From the NCBI RefSeq assembly GCF_006345805.1, contig NC_043003.1, forward strand, positions 59,334,001-59,398,000: a DNA stretch of 64,000 nt. Direction: 5' to 3'. The translations under genes and the position numbers were made by a program. Source of the DNA: Octopus sinensis (taxonomy: Eukaryota). Shown piece after piece: positions 1 through 12,799 of this stretch. Below the pieces are notes generated by a model. The model worked only from the letters and a program-made list of their open reading frames with translations. It was not told the origin of the DNA and made no database searches. Position 1 is the first letter of the stretch; the number at the start of each line of letters is the position of its first letter.

Positions 1-81
<81 letters not shown>

Positions 82-85
82 AATA

Positions 86-157
<72 letters not shown>

Positions 158-161
158 AATA

Positions 162-224
<63 letters not shown>

Positions 225-245
225 TTATGTATGTATGTATGTATG

Positions 246-290
<45 letters not shown>

Positions 291-312
291 ATCTAGCAGC
301 TAGCTAGCTAGC
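1..312. repeat. (CTAT)n / (GTAT)n / (CTAG)n tetranucleotide microsatellite
   Basis: Direct tandem repeat visible in the sequence. Confidence 0.98.
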
Positions 313-420
313 TATTTTAAATTAGAATAATGAGGTTAGAAATTGATATCAATCGATTAACATTAATTTAAACCAGTGGTCTAGTATATTAAAAAAATCC
401 GAAGATTTAAAAATTGTATT

Positions 421-649
421 ACAATTATTAAGAGGAATGACCACTAAAGTTGATTCCTATACGCTATAGATAGACGTCAAATTGCCTTACCACAAAGAAT
501 GTGTTCTCAATAATAAGCAAGGCAAATGAAAGTTTACATTTTTTACATTTTGGCGTTTGCTGAGAACACACTCTTTGTGGTAAGGCAATTTGACGTCTAT
601 TTCTAGCGTATAGGAATTCACTTTAGTGGTCATTTCTCTTATCAATTGT
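421..649. repeat. Fold-back inverted repeat, ~89-bp arms, ~51-nt loop
   Basis: 421-509 (acaattattaagaggaatgaccactaaag...gtgttctca) is the near-exact reverse complement of 561-649. Confidence 0.93.
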
Positions 650-821
650 AGTAGCTATCTAGCTGTATATATCGTTAATCGAAACATGAACAAAGGGAAA
701 ACACAACAACGCGAGGACCTGGAACAAGTATAGTGTTATTGGACGCTCAGGAAAGGAAAGAAAGATATACATTTATACATAAATTTGTGTGTGAGTTTTG
801 TGTATTGTCTATGTGTGTGTA

Positions 822-852
<31 letters not shown>

Positions 853-1032
853 TGTGTGTGTGTGTGTACGGCTGTATGTGAAGATAGATATAGAATATAG
901 ATAGACATAATTTCTCTCAGTAAATAGTAATAACCTGTTTGAGTGAGGACTGAAGAGAATATGAACCCTAGGCTTATTAAGTACGGTCAATATGATTGGA
1001 ATTTCCTATTTTTCATTCTTGTAATTATAAGT

Positions 1033-1196
1033 GCAGGAATGGCTATGTGGGTTAGTAGTTTGCTTTCCAACCACATGTTCCCGGGTTCAGACCAAGTGCG
1101 TGACACCTTGTGCAAGTGTCTTCTACTATAGCCTCGGGACGACGAAAGCCTTGTGAGTGGATTTGATAGGTGGAAACCGAAAGGAACCCGTCGTAT
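1033..1196 (+). mobile_element. tRNA-derived SINE family A, head only
   Basis: ggaatggctatgtgg...gggttcagacc...gaaaggaacccgtcg then (TA)n; matches the other family A copies. Confidence 0.85.
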
Positions 1197-1199
1197 ATA

Positions 1200-1280
<81 letters not shown>

Positions 1281-1387
1281 AAAGGAATTCCAACCTTGTC
1301 TGATTTTCACGTTTTATTTACAATCTCATAATGATATAATATAATAAAATAAAATAAAATAATAGAATGTTAAATGTTCATTCCGAT

Positions 1388-1432
1388 TGAACTAGTACTT
1401 TCATGCATTAAATTCTGCAATCTTCAGGTTCA
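1388..1432 (-). ncRNA. Minimal type-I hammerhead ribozyme motif (HHR-1)
   Basis: Minus strand: UGAAC-CUGAAGA-U UGCA gaauuuaa UGCA U-GAAA-GUAC-UA-GUUCA. Stem I 5 bp, intact core, stem II 4 bp above a U.U pair, palindromic GUAC helix III, CUA triplet. Confidence 0.8.
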
Positions 1433-1842
1433 TGTAGTAGTGGTGAGAGTCATGCTTCACAATTTTTGACTGTAGCGAGATGATTGAATCTGTGCTTTAA
1501 ATACAGCTGTGTAGGCTCCAGATGCTAGGTTTTGCAAACTGTATTCTGACCAATCAGTGTGTAGTATCACTCAATTACTTAAGCTGATTGGTTGGTTGAG
1601 CTGATTGGTTTAGGTGTCACGCTTTGTTGGACATGTATCTTGACCCTGGTCGAAGCAGCAATTGTTGGGCTATTTTTAGAAATGTTGTAAATAGCCTTTG
1701 TCAGAGATTTTTATATTTTTATATTTCAATTGTCATCATCATCATTGTCAGCACCTTAATTATTGTTACTAGTGGTGATGGTGGTGGCAATAGAACTTTT
1801 ATCCATAAATAAGATCATTTTCCTGCTATCTAAGTATTATTA

Positions 1843-2249
1843 TTATTGCTTATTTAGCTTGGGTTCGAATTTATCAATAAAATTCTTTTCTCTGATTTTC
1901 CTCTCGATTTCACTTGGGCTGTGTAATTTGTAGAATGGAAATATTATATATATTTTCCGGCCACATGTTGCTAGGTGGTTACTCAAAGGTATCTGACGGA
2001 CCTCTGGGTCTCTAATCTGTTGCCGGTGTACACGTGAGCGTTCTGATAGTGCGTTTCCCGTCTGACCTACATATATTTCTTCACAATTTGGGCATTTGAT
2101 GCAGTAAATTAAATTTCTGCTTTTGCAGTTCATATTCGCGTTTGTGAATATTTCCCCGGTGTTTGTGTTTATATATTAGGCGGTATGTATGAATTGGCAT
2201 GTGCCACATCGGCTATCATTGCATTTAGATACAGTAAATGTTTGGTCTT
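1843..2249 (-). pseudogene. PLE C-terminal linker plus GIY-YIG endonuclease, one in-frame stop (2176-2178)
   Basis: LIYCIKC...IYVGQTG...R..H GIY-YIG motifs (ORF track 1843-2133) extend upstream in frame through a TAA to a CxxxRCxxC linker. Confidence 0.85.
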
Positions 2250-2315
2250 TGTTGCTAAGACCAAACATTCACTGTATCTAAATGCAATGATAGCCGAGGT
2301 GGCACATGCCAATTC
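2191..2315. repeat. 59-bp-arm fold-back at the PLE 5' junction
   Basis: 2191-2249 is the reverse complement of 2257-2315 with 2 mismatches; 7-nt loop. This accounts for most of the spurious + ORF 2185-2535. Confidence 0.95.
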
Positions 2316-5300
2316 AAGAATCATTTGGGCTGCTTCAGAGAATCACCAACCCATGTTAAAATTACTTCCTGATATTGATCCCATGAAGGACTTGGTGATG
2401 GAATTTGCAATATCGCTGTTACTCATATATTACAAGAAGCTAGAACCCACTCATACTTTTCATAAAACATACACGGACACACAAACATATGCCTGCATGT
2501 TTTTTGCATTGTTCTTTGTATGTGTGTCTCTTTGAATATTTGTGTTCGTGTGTATGTTTATATGCTTACTTGTTGGTATTCCCGTTAGTACATAGGTGTA
2601 TTTTATTCTCATTAATACGATATTAACTGTTTCAATTAGCTAAAAATTCCTCCATCACTCTTCGTTCCGTTTATTTTACCTTCATACGATGTCTCAATAT
2701 GAGAGGCGACTGAAGGACTTTGCAAACCTAGTTGACTATTTAACTGAATATTTGATGAAACAATCGATTAGTTTATTGGTTAACTATTAATAATAAAGGA
2801 AATGAAATAGAGCCAGTGCGTGTCTTTATCATTGGCATAATGAACCTCCCGAGATACTGCAAAATCTATTTCAACACTAGAGATCACATGCAGAACCTTG
2901 CAACCCATCCTAAAAAGATCACACATAATTAAAAGTAAAGAAAGCATTCATATTATGCCTCGTTCTATGCTGACGAAAAATATGTTCCAAACAATTCCTC
3001 TGATATTGAACTTGAAAATCACATTTCTTAAATATTCGATTTGCTTCGCTCATAGTAAGAACAACGAATTAAAACAGATTTCCACGTTGTTATATATTTT
3101 TACTAATGATTTATATTGTTATATATTTTTCTCATGATTTCTTAAGGAAATGCAATAAATCTGAATTTTAGATCTTAATATTTTTTATCTCACATCCATA
3201 AAGTAACGCCTCGCAGTATAATAAATATTATTCAGTGGGTTCAAATTGGTATATTGTAATTAAGCAGTGAAACAAATATATTCCCTACACCCGCGTTACC
3301 ATTTTCCATCTCCAAATTTGTAGCTATGTACCTACATTTAACAAACTATATTCGATGATCATCTGTTCGATTAGAATATTCTGATCATATTTAGCTCAAC
3401 AATAAAGAACTCTAGAAACCTTTTACCACGTGACAAAATACTTTGGGATTGTAAATACTTTAGTCGCAATCTCTTTACGCGTTACAAACTTTGACCTTTA
3501 GAAAAATAGCAAGTGGGTTCATAAAATTCCCAGACTAACAGCGTCTAATTCCTCCTCCCTTTTCGGTATACTATTTCTACATGCTTCTACTTTATTCTCA
3601 AATGTTGCTACATATTTGAATACTCTTATTCCAGCTCGAATTTCTATCCACGATACTGAGTTTTTTTCTCAAGGCGCTACAATAAACTGGATGAATAAAC
3701 ATTACCCTCTTCAAGTGAAATATCGAGTAATCGCTAGCTTTCGCATCATGTGTTATAGCTATCGTAGTTGTAATCATTAAAATTCCAAGCAAAAATGGAA
3801 AACATATCAAGCAAGTGCAACTGTTCAAATTTGTCTCTGTAACAGAATACCTATAGGGTATGGCACTACACTGCCTCTCAAGATTACATGATACACTTAG
3901 TTCATAATTTCTACCTTACTTAAAACGATATCATATCACAGAATGTACTGGTTGTATTAAATATCAATAGTAGCTTCTTTATATTTCTTAATAAAGCAAA
4001 TTGAATATCTTTTTTTTAAATTTTACATTAGAATATTTTACATGAAAAATATCACGCGTTTACTTATTGCTAAAATTTCCCATCAAATAGATTTGAAGAT
4101 CAATAGTGTTTCTTAACGTATCAGTAAAGTTATTTAATGAATATATATTCACTTCCGCAAAGGCGGTTGAATAATGTTGTAAGCTTTAACAGAAAAGATA
4201 AGCAAATTATAAATAAGCATAGAATATCACACAGAATGTATGTAACGTGGCTAACAACTCAAAATATTCTAATGTTGTCTTAGAATTTCGTTCTTAAGAT
4301 TTTAACCAAAGTTTAGATCTAGTTGATCTATCACAAAAGGCGCGCCACACATGCCCATACTGTATATGATGTAACCATAGTATAATTGGAGTTACATTAT
4401 ATTAAGTATTCATCATCTATTTTAAGATAGCATGATATGATGTTTTGAGGTTCATGCGATTGCTATTTCTAGCTGGCTGGAAGCCTGCCCACGCAAGTTC
4501 CATAATGGTTTCGTATTAATACCAGTCATACATTAAGACCTATCAATTCTCTAATACTATTTCTCTATATTTAGTCTTATGCCGTAGCCGATAATTCACG
4601 ACTGAGCCAACTTAATAGTTAAAACTTCTGAGAAAATAAATTAAACTTCTCATTTTCCATAAACATTTACCATTCTCTTCACTGCGAATGTGTTCTTCAG
4701 GTAATTTCTATATACTCATATCTATCACGAGACAAAAAAGAGAAGTAAATGAAGATTAGTTGATGTATAATATATATAATTATTCTTACAATATTCTACC
4801 ATATTTTTTGCTCATGCTCTACACTGGAAGTATGGCATTTTATTGCAATCACCAAAACAGTCATAATTTGAAAAAGAGATTTTTTTTTCTCTATTCGTAT
4901 CCAGCACGAATGTATTCTTTTCTATCATTTTCTAATAATATTATTTTATTTTCCACAACGATAATTTAATAATTCTTAGGATAGTATTCCTTTAGTATAT
5001 CACAAAGGGAATGCTTTACTTTTCCGCATTTGTAATAATATATTCTACATCTTCTTTGTATTATCCTACATACAGATATTTGCTAGTAATCTTATTCTTC
5101 ATACGGTTTATCTTTTTTTTTTCTTCTGCATCACACAGAATGTGTCTGTACACGATCTTCTGAATTTTGTTACTAATGGTTTATAATGCTACTCTGTAAA
5201 ACCTCAAGGATGAAGTGGTTAAATTATTCGGCACTTCCTTGAAGTGTAAAATATTAACATCAGTTGAGAAATAATGCCAAGGATTCTTTACATTCTTATC

Positions 5301-5482
5301 TCATTTCTGATTTCTTTATATATTCACTTCCACGAAACGTGTATTACGGATTCGAATTACCACCCCTAATCAATCGAATTTCACTGAAGTGATTCCACTC
5401 TAAATAATATTTTACTTAATGAAATACACCAGCATATATATGCATATATATTTATACGCGTATATGTATATATATATATATA

Positions 5483-5872
5483 TTCTTTTAATCTTTTACT
5501 TGTTTCAGTCATTTGACTGCGGCCATGCTGGAGCACCACCTTTAATCGAGCAACTCGACCCCGGGACTTATTCTTTGTAAGCCCAGTACTTATTCTATCG
5601 GTCTCTTTTGCCGAACCGCTAAGTGACGGGGGACATAATCACACCATCATCGGTTGTCAAGCAATGCTAGGGGGACAAACACAGACACACAAACACATAC
5701 ACACACATACATATATATATATATATACATATATACGACAGGCTTCTTTCAGTTTCCGTCTACCAGATCCACTCAAAAGGCATTGGTCGGCCCGGGGCTA
5801 TAGCAGAAGATACTTGCTCAAGATGCCACGCAGTAGGACTGAACCCGAAACCATGTGGTTGGTTAGCAAGCT
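5483..5872 (-). mobile_element. SINE family A, near full length
   Basis: Head (ggttcagtcc B-box-like), internal (TA)/(TG) tract, tail ...gcagtcaaatgactgaaacaagtaaaag. Confidence 0.9.
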
Positions 5873-6112
5873 ATATATATATATATATATATATATAATT
5901 ATATATATGTACATGTCACCGTGAAATGGTGTCTTTTGAAGACTTTTCGACAGGCTGGAATAAGGGGTCGAAGCGAATGGCTTCAATACCATTTAGAAAC
6001 TTATCAGGATTCGCCCATCTCTACGGTCTGGTGCGTTCTCAACTCAAGTTTACACGAAAATATTTCGCAGGATGTCATTCACAGAGACTGTGTCTATGAT
6101 CTTGTATATGTA

Positions 6113-6710
6113 TACGAGGTCTGATCAATAAGTATCCTGACTGTTGGCATAGTAACGAAGCTAAAGCATACAGAGTAAAGTTACTAGGCAAAGATTGACC
6201 TTAAACTCTGCTGTGCATGTGCACTATGTTTTAACGTTCTAGCTCACTTCCGCTGTTTACAACAGTGCTTGGAAGGAAGGTATGTAGCGTGTGATTGTCG
6301 CATTGACCATGACAGAGAAAGTTTTCTTGGTGATACCTTCCCAGAGACCTACGCAATGTTTCAGAAAGTGTATGAAGAGGTGTATATTAGCTGCACACAA
6401 TTGTACGAGTGGTTCAGACGTCTAAAAGATAGCCGATTAGAATGTCAATATTGACGAAAGTTCTGGGAGACCCGCAACCGGGAGAACTGAGTAAAACATC
6501 GCAGACATGCGTGCAGCTGTGAGAAGAAATCATCGAATCACTATGTGTGAGTTATCAGAGAATGTGCAGATTATGTACGGTTCAGTTCAGCCCATTATCA
6601 CCGAAGAGTTGGGTACGACACGCGTACCAAAATGACACTCGGGTTTCAGTTGCACAAGATCTCCTTGATTGTGTCGAGAATGAGGAAAACTTTTTGAAAA
6701 TTTTACATAG
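6113..6710 (+). mobile_element. Mariner transposon, decayed 5' half
   Basis: TIR-like tacgaggtctgatcaataagt, then broken frames ETYAMFQKVY...QLYEWFRRLKD...SGRP...RRNHRITMCELS...IITEELG...RVSVAQDLLD typical of the mariner HTH region. Confidence 0.8.
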
Positions 6711-6840
6711 TCCTCTGAACTGGTCCAGCTAGGGGCCTCATCCTCACAGATCGTCATCGACGGGCACGTTTAAGTGGGGTCAAAAACGTCAGAAGTGGTG
6801 ATATCAGCAGTGGAGGATTGTGGTCTACTCTGACGGTATA

Positions 6841-6876
<36 letters not shown>

Positions 6877-7029
6877 TGTATGTATTATGTATGTATGTAT
6901 GTATGTATGTATATATATATGTATGTATGTATATATATATATATGCTACAAAAGAAACGTCGCATTGTAAAAGATTATTTCTTTCACACATGAAATTAAG
7001 ATTATATGGATTTTAACACATTTCTAGGT

Positions 7030-7575
7030 AATTTGACAGCAGGAAGATGTCATACCACCACACGCTTTTGAAAAAATATGTATGGTGTGTGGAATTCGAA
7101 CTCGCTCACTTTTCGTGAACATGGTGACGCTCGCGAACGCATTTTTACGAAAAGCACGATGCTCGTGCAAAATGTTGAATTATTGGGTATGAAAACATCC
7201 AAATTTATCTGTCATTCGTTTCCCGAACGCAGCAAGCATGTCGTAACTGACACGAAATCAGAGGGAGCAAGCCATCGAATGTTTCCATGTTGGTCAACGT
7301 CCATGGGTCATTGCTAATGATTTGAATTGCAGTATTCGGACAAGTGAGCAACTTGGGGGGGGGGGCAATATAGTTCCACAAACAGCATTGCTGATCGTCC
7401 ACAAAGTGACCAATCAAGGGTTACAACGGCACGTGAATATCTCCACCTTCACCGACAGTATTTGAAGGACTGATTCCGAGGGCAACGGAATCAGTTAGGT
7501 AGACCATAGGGACTCACCACAGACCCATTTTTGCAAAGACAGTTCACCACCGGTTGAGATTTTCCAATGACTTGT
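7030..7575 (+). mobile_element. Tc1-like transposon fragment (N-terminal HTH)
   Basis: Frame from ~7260 reads REQAIECFHVG...IANDLNCSIRT...IADRPQSDQSRVTTAR, resembling Tc1 REQAIGML...DRPRSGRPRVTT. Confidence 0.7.
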
Positions 7576-8078
7576 TGATATCCGGCTAGGGGCCCCATCT
7601 TCACAGATCGTCATCTGTAGTGGGGTCAAAAACGTCAGAACTGGTGACGTCAGCAGTGGACATCATGCTGATGGCTTTTTGGTGAAGAAAGACTCATGGG
7701 GAGAACAGAGCATCATGGTATGGGGCGGGATTGCACTCAACCAGAAAATTGGGTCGGTGGTCTTCCAAAACTTATATATATATATATATATATATATCGT
7801 GGCACTCCGGGGGTTACGACGACGCGGGTTCCAGTTGATCTAAGCAAACGGAGCAGCCTGCTCATGAATTTAACGTACAAGTGGCTGAGCACTCCACAGA
7901 AACATGTACCCATAACGTAGTTATATTTATTTAGTATTGCCTTAGTTGCTTAAACTTCATATCTATCTATCTATGCATATATATATAAATATATACATTT
8001 ACAAATATAACATACATACATAGTGTTATGGCTAAGATCAAGATCCAATATCTACTCCTAACAGTTTAATTTATATAT

Positions 8079-8143
<65 letters not shown>

Positions 8144-8159
8144 TATAATAAATGCGCTC

Positions 8160-8390
8160 TTTTAAAGCCTAGCCAGGCTCATGGGCTAAGTTTCTAAGTT
8201 CCCAGTTTCTAAGACGTATATGTTCCCCAGCCAGTCCAACGCAGCGTTACTCATTTTTGGCAGCTGAGTGGACTGGAGCAAGGTGAGATGAAGTGTTTTG
8301 GTCAAGAACACAACGCCCGGTCCAGGAATCTAAACCACAATCTTACGATCATGATGCTGACACCCTAACCACTAAGCCACGCGCCTCCAC
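8160..8390 (-). mobile_element. tRNA-derived SINE family D
   Basis: Minus strand gtggaggcgcgtggcttagtggttaggg...ggtttagattcctgg head followed by a conserved-looking body. Confidence 0.75.
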
Positions 8391-8500
8391 TTTAATTTAT
8401 ACACACACACACACACACACACACATATGTATGTATGTAAATATGTGTGTATGGATGTATATATATATACATAGATATAGATATACACACATATGTATAT

Positions 8501-8786
8501 GTTACCGACCAGGCTATCAGATTGTGCTACATATCGCTAGTCACAATGCGCTTCGCATTGATTTAGCCTTCAAATGACGCCACACCGCTGGCTAAGCGAG
8601 AAGGCCACCAGAAGAAAGAGTGAGAGAAAGTTGTGGCGAAAGAGTACAGCAGGGATCGCCACAACCCCATGCCGGTGCCTCGGTGTTTTCGCTCAATAAC
8701 CACTCACAACGCCCGGTCTGGGAATCGAAACCGCGATCCTACAACTGCGAGTCCGCTGCCTAACAACTGGGCCATTGCGCCTCCAC
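8501..8786 (-). mobile_element. tRNA-derived SINE family C
   Basis: Minus strand ggaggcgcaatggcccagttgttagg (A box) ... ggtttcgattccc (B box); second copy at 40745-40880. Confidence 0.85.
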
Positions 8787-8805
8787 ATATATACATGTAT
8801 ATGCA

Positions 8806-8870
<65 letters not shown>

Positions 8871-8997
8871 TATATACATATATATACATATATATATACA
8901 TATATATAACATATATATATACATATATATACATATATATATATACACATATATATATACATGTATACATATATGTATACATATATACATGTATACA

Positions 8998-9048
<51 letters not shown>

Positions 9049-9060
9049 TGAGAGAGAAAG
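8787..9060. repeat. (TA)n/(TACA)n/(GA)n compound microsatellite
   Basis: Direct; source of several spurious YIYI/ERER ORFs. Confidence 0.97.
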
Positions 9061-12032
9061 TGCAGGTCATACCGCTCACTGGTTGATTTTTGTGGCAGTC
9101 GCATATATTGCCGAACTATTGATTGGAGGTCCATAAAGTGATGTCTTTATTTGTATTTATTTGTAAATTTTGTTATTTTGTTATTCTAATAGTGTCTGTA
9201 CTATCATTAGTCATTGCTGTAATCTTCAGTCGCCATTTCAACATCCTTTATCACATTCATCGTTAGCATCATCATTTTGTCTTCAAAGTATCATTAGAAA
9301 TTGGCGGATAGGTGGTAAGCAATTTAGTTGTAGCCACAATTAGTTTGTGGCATATTCATAAGATCTATATATCTCCAGCTGATAAGCCAGTTCTCTCCAG
9401 CGGCAATATTTTGATCTGTGTGTTTAATCAATATAGTAAAAAAAAAAAGAAAGAATCTCTACCCTGCAAAAAAAAAAAAAAAAAACTGAGCTGAGCAGAA
9501 GTAACGATGTGTAGAATAATTTCCCTTTACTAACCCTTGAGCTATTAAATAACACAATTCTTTAGAAGAAACAAAACAAAAACAAACATAAATACATTAA
9601 TTTCTTAGATATATGAGCGAGGTTAGCAAACCATAGAAAAACAAAGTCGTAGACTTTAGTTTCATATCGTGTGGTTGGTGAAACGACGCCACAATGTAGA
9701 GTAAAACAGATTTATCTTTACGTTATTCTAATAGCTATTTCTTATCAAGAAAAATAATCCATGAGTTTGCTCCAAGTCATTCACACAAGTTTGGACCAAT
9801 TTCTGCATTACTGTTTTTTTTCTTCTCGTATGTAGAAAAGCACAAATGAAACAAAACACACCAAAATCACTTTTGATGGAAAGATTAAAGAAAGACACCT
9901 TTAATAGAGATTTAAAATAGAAATGTTGATTAAGACCAGGATTCTAATTAGGCTTAAGACTTAAATTTAATTATTTTAGGCAAACGGAACCACTCATTGT
10001 CTTCAAAGTATTTTTTATATAACATTACTTGCGAAGAACGAAGAAGAAAAGTTCGTCGTTGCAGTATATACCAGTCATACAAACATGCAGATTTAGATAG
10101 TGTAATCAATATGCAGTATGTATAGATACATATCAATGTGTGGATATCTATCTGTCTGTGTGTCTGTCTTTCTCTCTCTCTCTCCTCTCTCTCTCTCTAT
10201 CTATCTATCTATCATTCAATGTATGTGTGTGTGTAAATGTATCTATCTACCTATACATACACACACACACACACATATATATAATATATATATTATATAT
10301 ATATATATATATATAATATATATATATGTATATATATATATTTGAATATACCTTGAATATATGCATATACAAATATATATATGCATATATATACATATAT
10401 GTATGTATATATGCATGTATGTATTCTAAGAGAGTGCTAGTGAAAGAGAAATGTGCAGATATGTGTGCCTATATGCGTATGTTTGAGTATATGTTCCAAT
10501 ATATATATGCGTGTGCATGTGTTAGTAAGTGATGAGACTTTGCAAAATCCCGTTGTGGTAATTCTCTCTGAAGAAGAATTATTAGAATAAAAGAAAAAAA
10601 TAGTACACACACACAAACACACACACGCAGAGACAACCTAATCGCAAATATACATGCATATACCGACACACATACACACACGCATATATGTATGTATATA
10701 CACACACACAGATATACAGGCAATGTGAGATGAAAGGATAAAAAGGAAACGAGTTTTACAAAGAAAGCAAAATAGGGTTATGGAAAAGGTGATACCACAG
10801 GGAAATCATTGGAGTCGAGTTAATCAGAAGCAGGCAACGATGCACCTGCCGAACAAGTGGTGCGTACATATCTCTAAAAATACACAACCAAACAAATTTA
10901 AATTCTTATCACAGTTTCAATTTCTAAAGCTGTTGTTTTTATATTGAAGTCACTGGGTCAGCATATTCTAATATCTTCAGCATTATCATATGCGATTTCA
11001 CACACCTCATACTCTCTAATTTTAGTTACATTCTATAAAGGTTTTATTTCTATCACACCTTCTCTCCAGCATTTCCTTTTCTTGTTTCAGTTTTAGTTTT
11101 AAACTTATATTCCATTCCTACCTTTCTCGTCGTTTGCATTTCTTTATCATTCCCTTCCCCTCCTCCTGCTCCTCCTCATCTCTCTCTAGCTCTCTCCACC
11201 CACGTATCCGTATGTTGGAGAGTCTGTGTATGTCAGGGTGTGTTTCAAGTGTTGGCTGTGCACACTACGGAAATTCTAGAGCAACCAGCCAGAGATGGCG
11301 CTTAAATAACCATATATATGTATGTATACACACACACGCACCCACACAACCATATACATTTATCCATATACATATATCCATATATATATATATACATATA
11401 TATATATACATATATATATACATATACATACATATATATATATATACATAAATATATATACATATATATATATACATAACATTATATATATACATATATA
11501 TATACATACATATATATATAAATATATATATATATATATGCACATATATATATAATATAATATATATATATATTATATATATATATATATCTATATCATA
11601 TACACGCACATATATAAATATATAGGTGCATGTATATAGTTGAGGGATTCATACCTCGATTTTGAATATGAACGTCCAGTTGTTCGACAAAGGGAACAAA
11701 CTTTTCGTTCTACGAATTCTATACGAAAGGAGAATCCACGGTCATATCATCCTTTAACATAATTCCCATAGAGAATCACCGTGACGCGGATAGAAAATGC
11801 TGGCCATTGCAACTGACGAGTTCCTGCATTTCACTAACAATACGAGAATCGATTTCAAGTAAGGAAACTTAACTAAAGTTATAAGCATTCTTATCGAATC
11901 AAAAGCCTCATGATTTCCAAAAATATTTTGTGGACATGATTGCCTGAACATATTTATAGACACGTCTGTCTGTGTGTCTGTCTGTGTGTCTGTATGCCCG
12001 TCTGTCTGTCTGTCTATCTTTCTCTCCTTCTG

Positions 12033-12072
<40 letters not shown>

Positions 12073-12151
12073 GCTATCCAGGAGGAGATGGTGAAAAGTT
12101 CCTGCCTTTAAGGGTATCGCGAATGCCCCCAAACTTCCGAGTTCCTATATG

Positions 12152-12182
<31 letters not shown>

Positions 12183-12183
<1 letters not shown>

Positions 12184-12281
12184 TATACCATAATAAATAT
12201 TATTCAAAAGATCACTAAATTAAATAAACATAATGTTTATTTAATTTAGTGACCTTTTGAATAATATTTATTATGGTATAT
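12183..12281. repeat. Fold-back palindrome, ~48-bp arms, 3-nt loop, abutting (TA)n
   Basis: ataccataataaatattattcaaaagatcactaaattaaataaaca-taa-tgtttatttaatttagtgaccttttgaataatatttattatggtat; 1 mismatch. Confidence 0.95.
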
Positions 12282-12799
12282 TTAAATTTTTCTATATGAT
12301 ATAAAGTCTTTCACTATTTAATTACTAAATAGAGGTTATTTCTCTTAATTACATACATACATACACACAAATACACACACACACACACACACACATATAT
12401 ATTATTGTATCTGGAGGGAGTGAGTCATTCTTATCATTTTAATACACTCACCGGTGTGATTTCCGCTCATTTACATATTTATGTTTATTAAAATTTTCGT
12501 TGGGTTTGCAACCTTTCGAACAGTTGTTGACTCTGTCCGTTATTGGCACTGCGTTGTGTTTTTTTTTGTTTTTTTACGTGCATGCGTGTGCGTCAGTGTG
12601 CGTGCGCATACACAAATGTATGTATAAATGGCTATAGATGTTGCCGGCCTCTTCATGACTTGGTGGGACTGAAAACTAAAACAATCCTCAGGCGAACAAT
12701 CTACTACTGTTTTACTGTACTCTAGTTGTGTAGATGACATTAACATTCTAGTTAGGACAAACTCTAGTAACTGCAATGTAGAAACCGAAAGAAGCAAAA

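Larger units (their letters stand above)
1290..2315 (-). mobile_element. 5'-truncated Penelope-like retroelement (Zn-linker, GIY-YIG, 3' pLTR with hammerhead)
   Basis: Minus frame reads KCNDSRCGTCQFI...*...TGEIF...CKSRNLIYCIKCPNCEEIYVGQTG...R..H; hammerhead ~400 nt downstream; 5' fold-back at 2191-2315. Confidence 0.85.

Noticed and set aside
2185-2535. 116-aa + strand ORF
   Set aside because: Mostly the PLE palindrome read antisense and inverted, plus a (CA) tail.
2690-2790. RRLKDFANLVDYL resemblance to a dynein heavy chain segment
   Set aside because: Short, no in-frame splice acceptor, ends in a stop; resemblance from memory only.
8680-8786. tRNA-like A/B boxes (also in all SINE heads)
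   Set aside because: No complete cloverleaf; they continue into SINE bodies, so they are SINE heads rather than tRNA genes.
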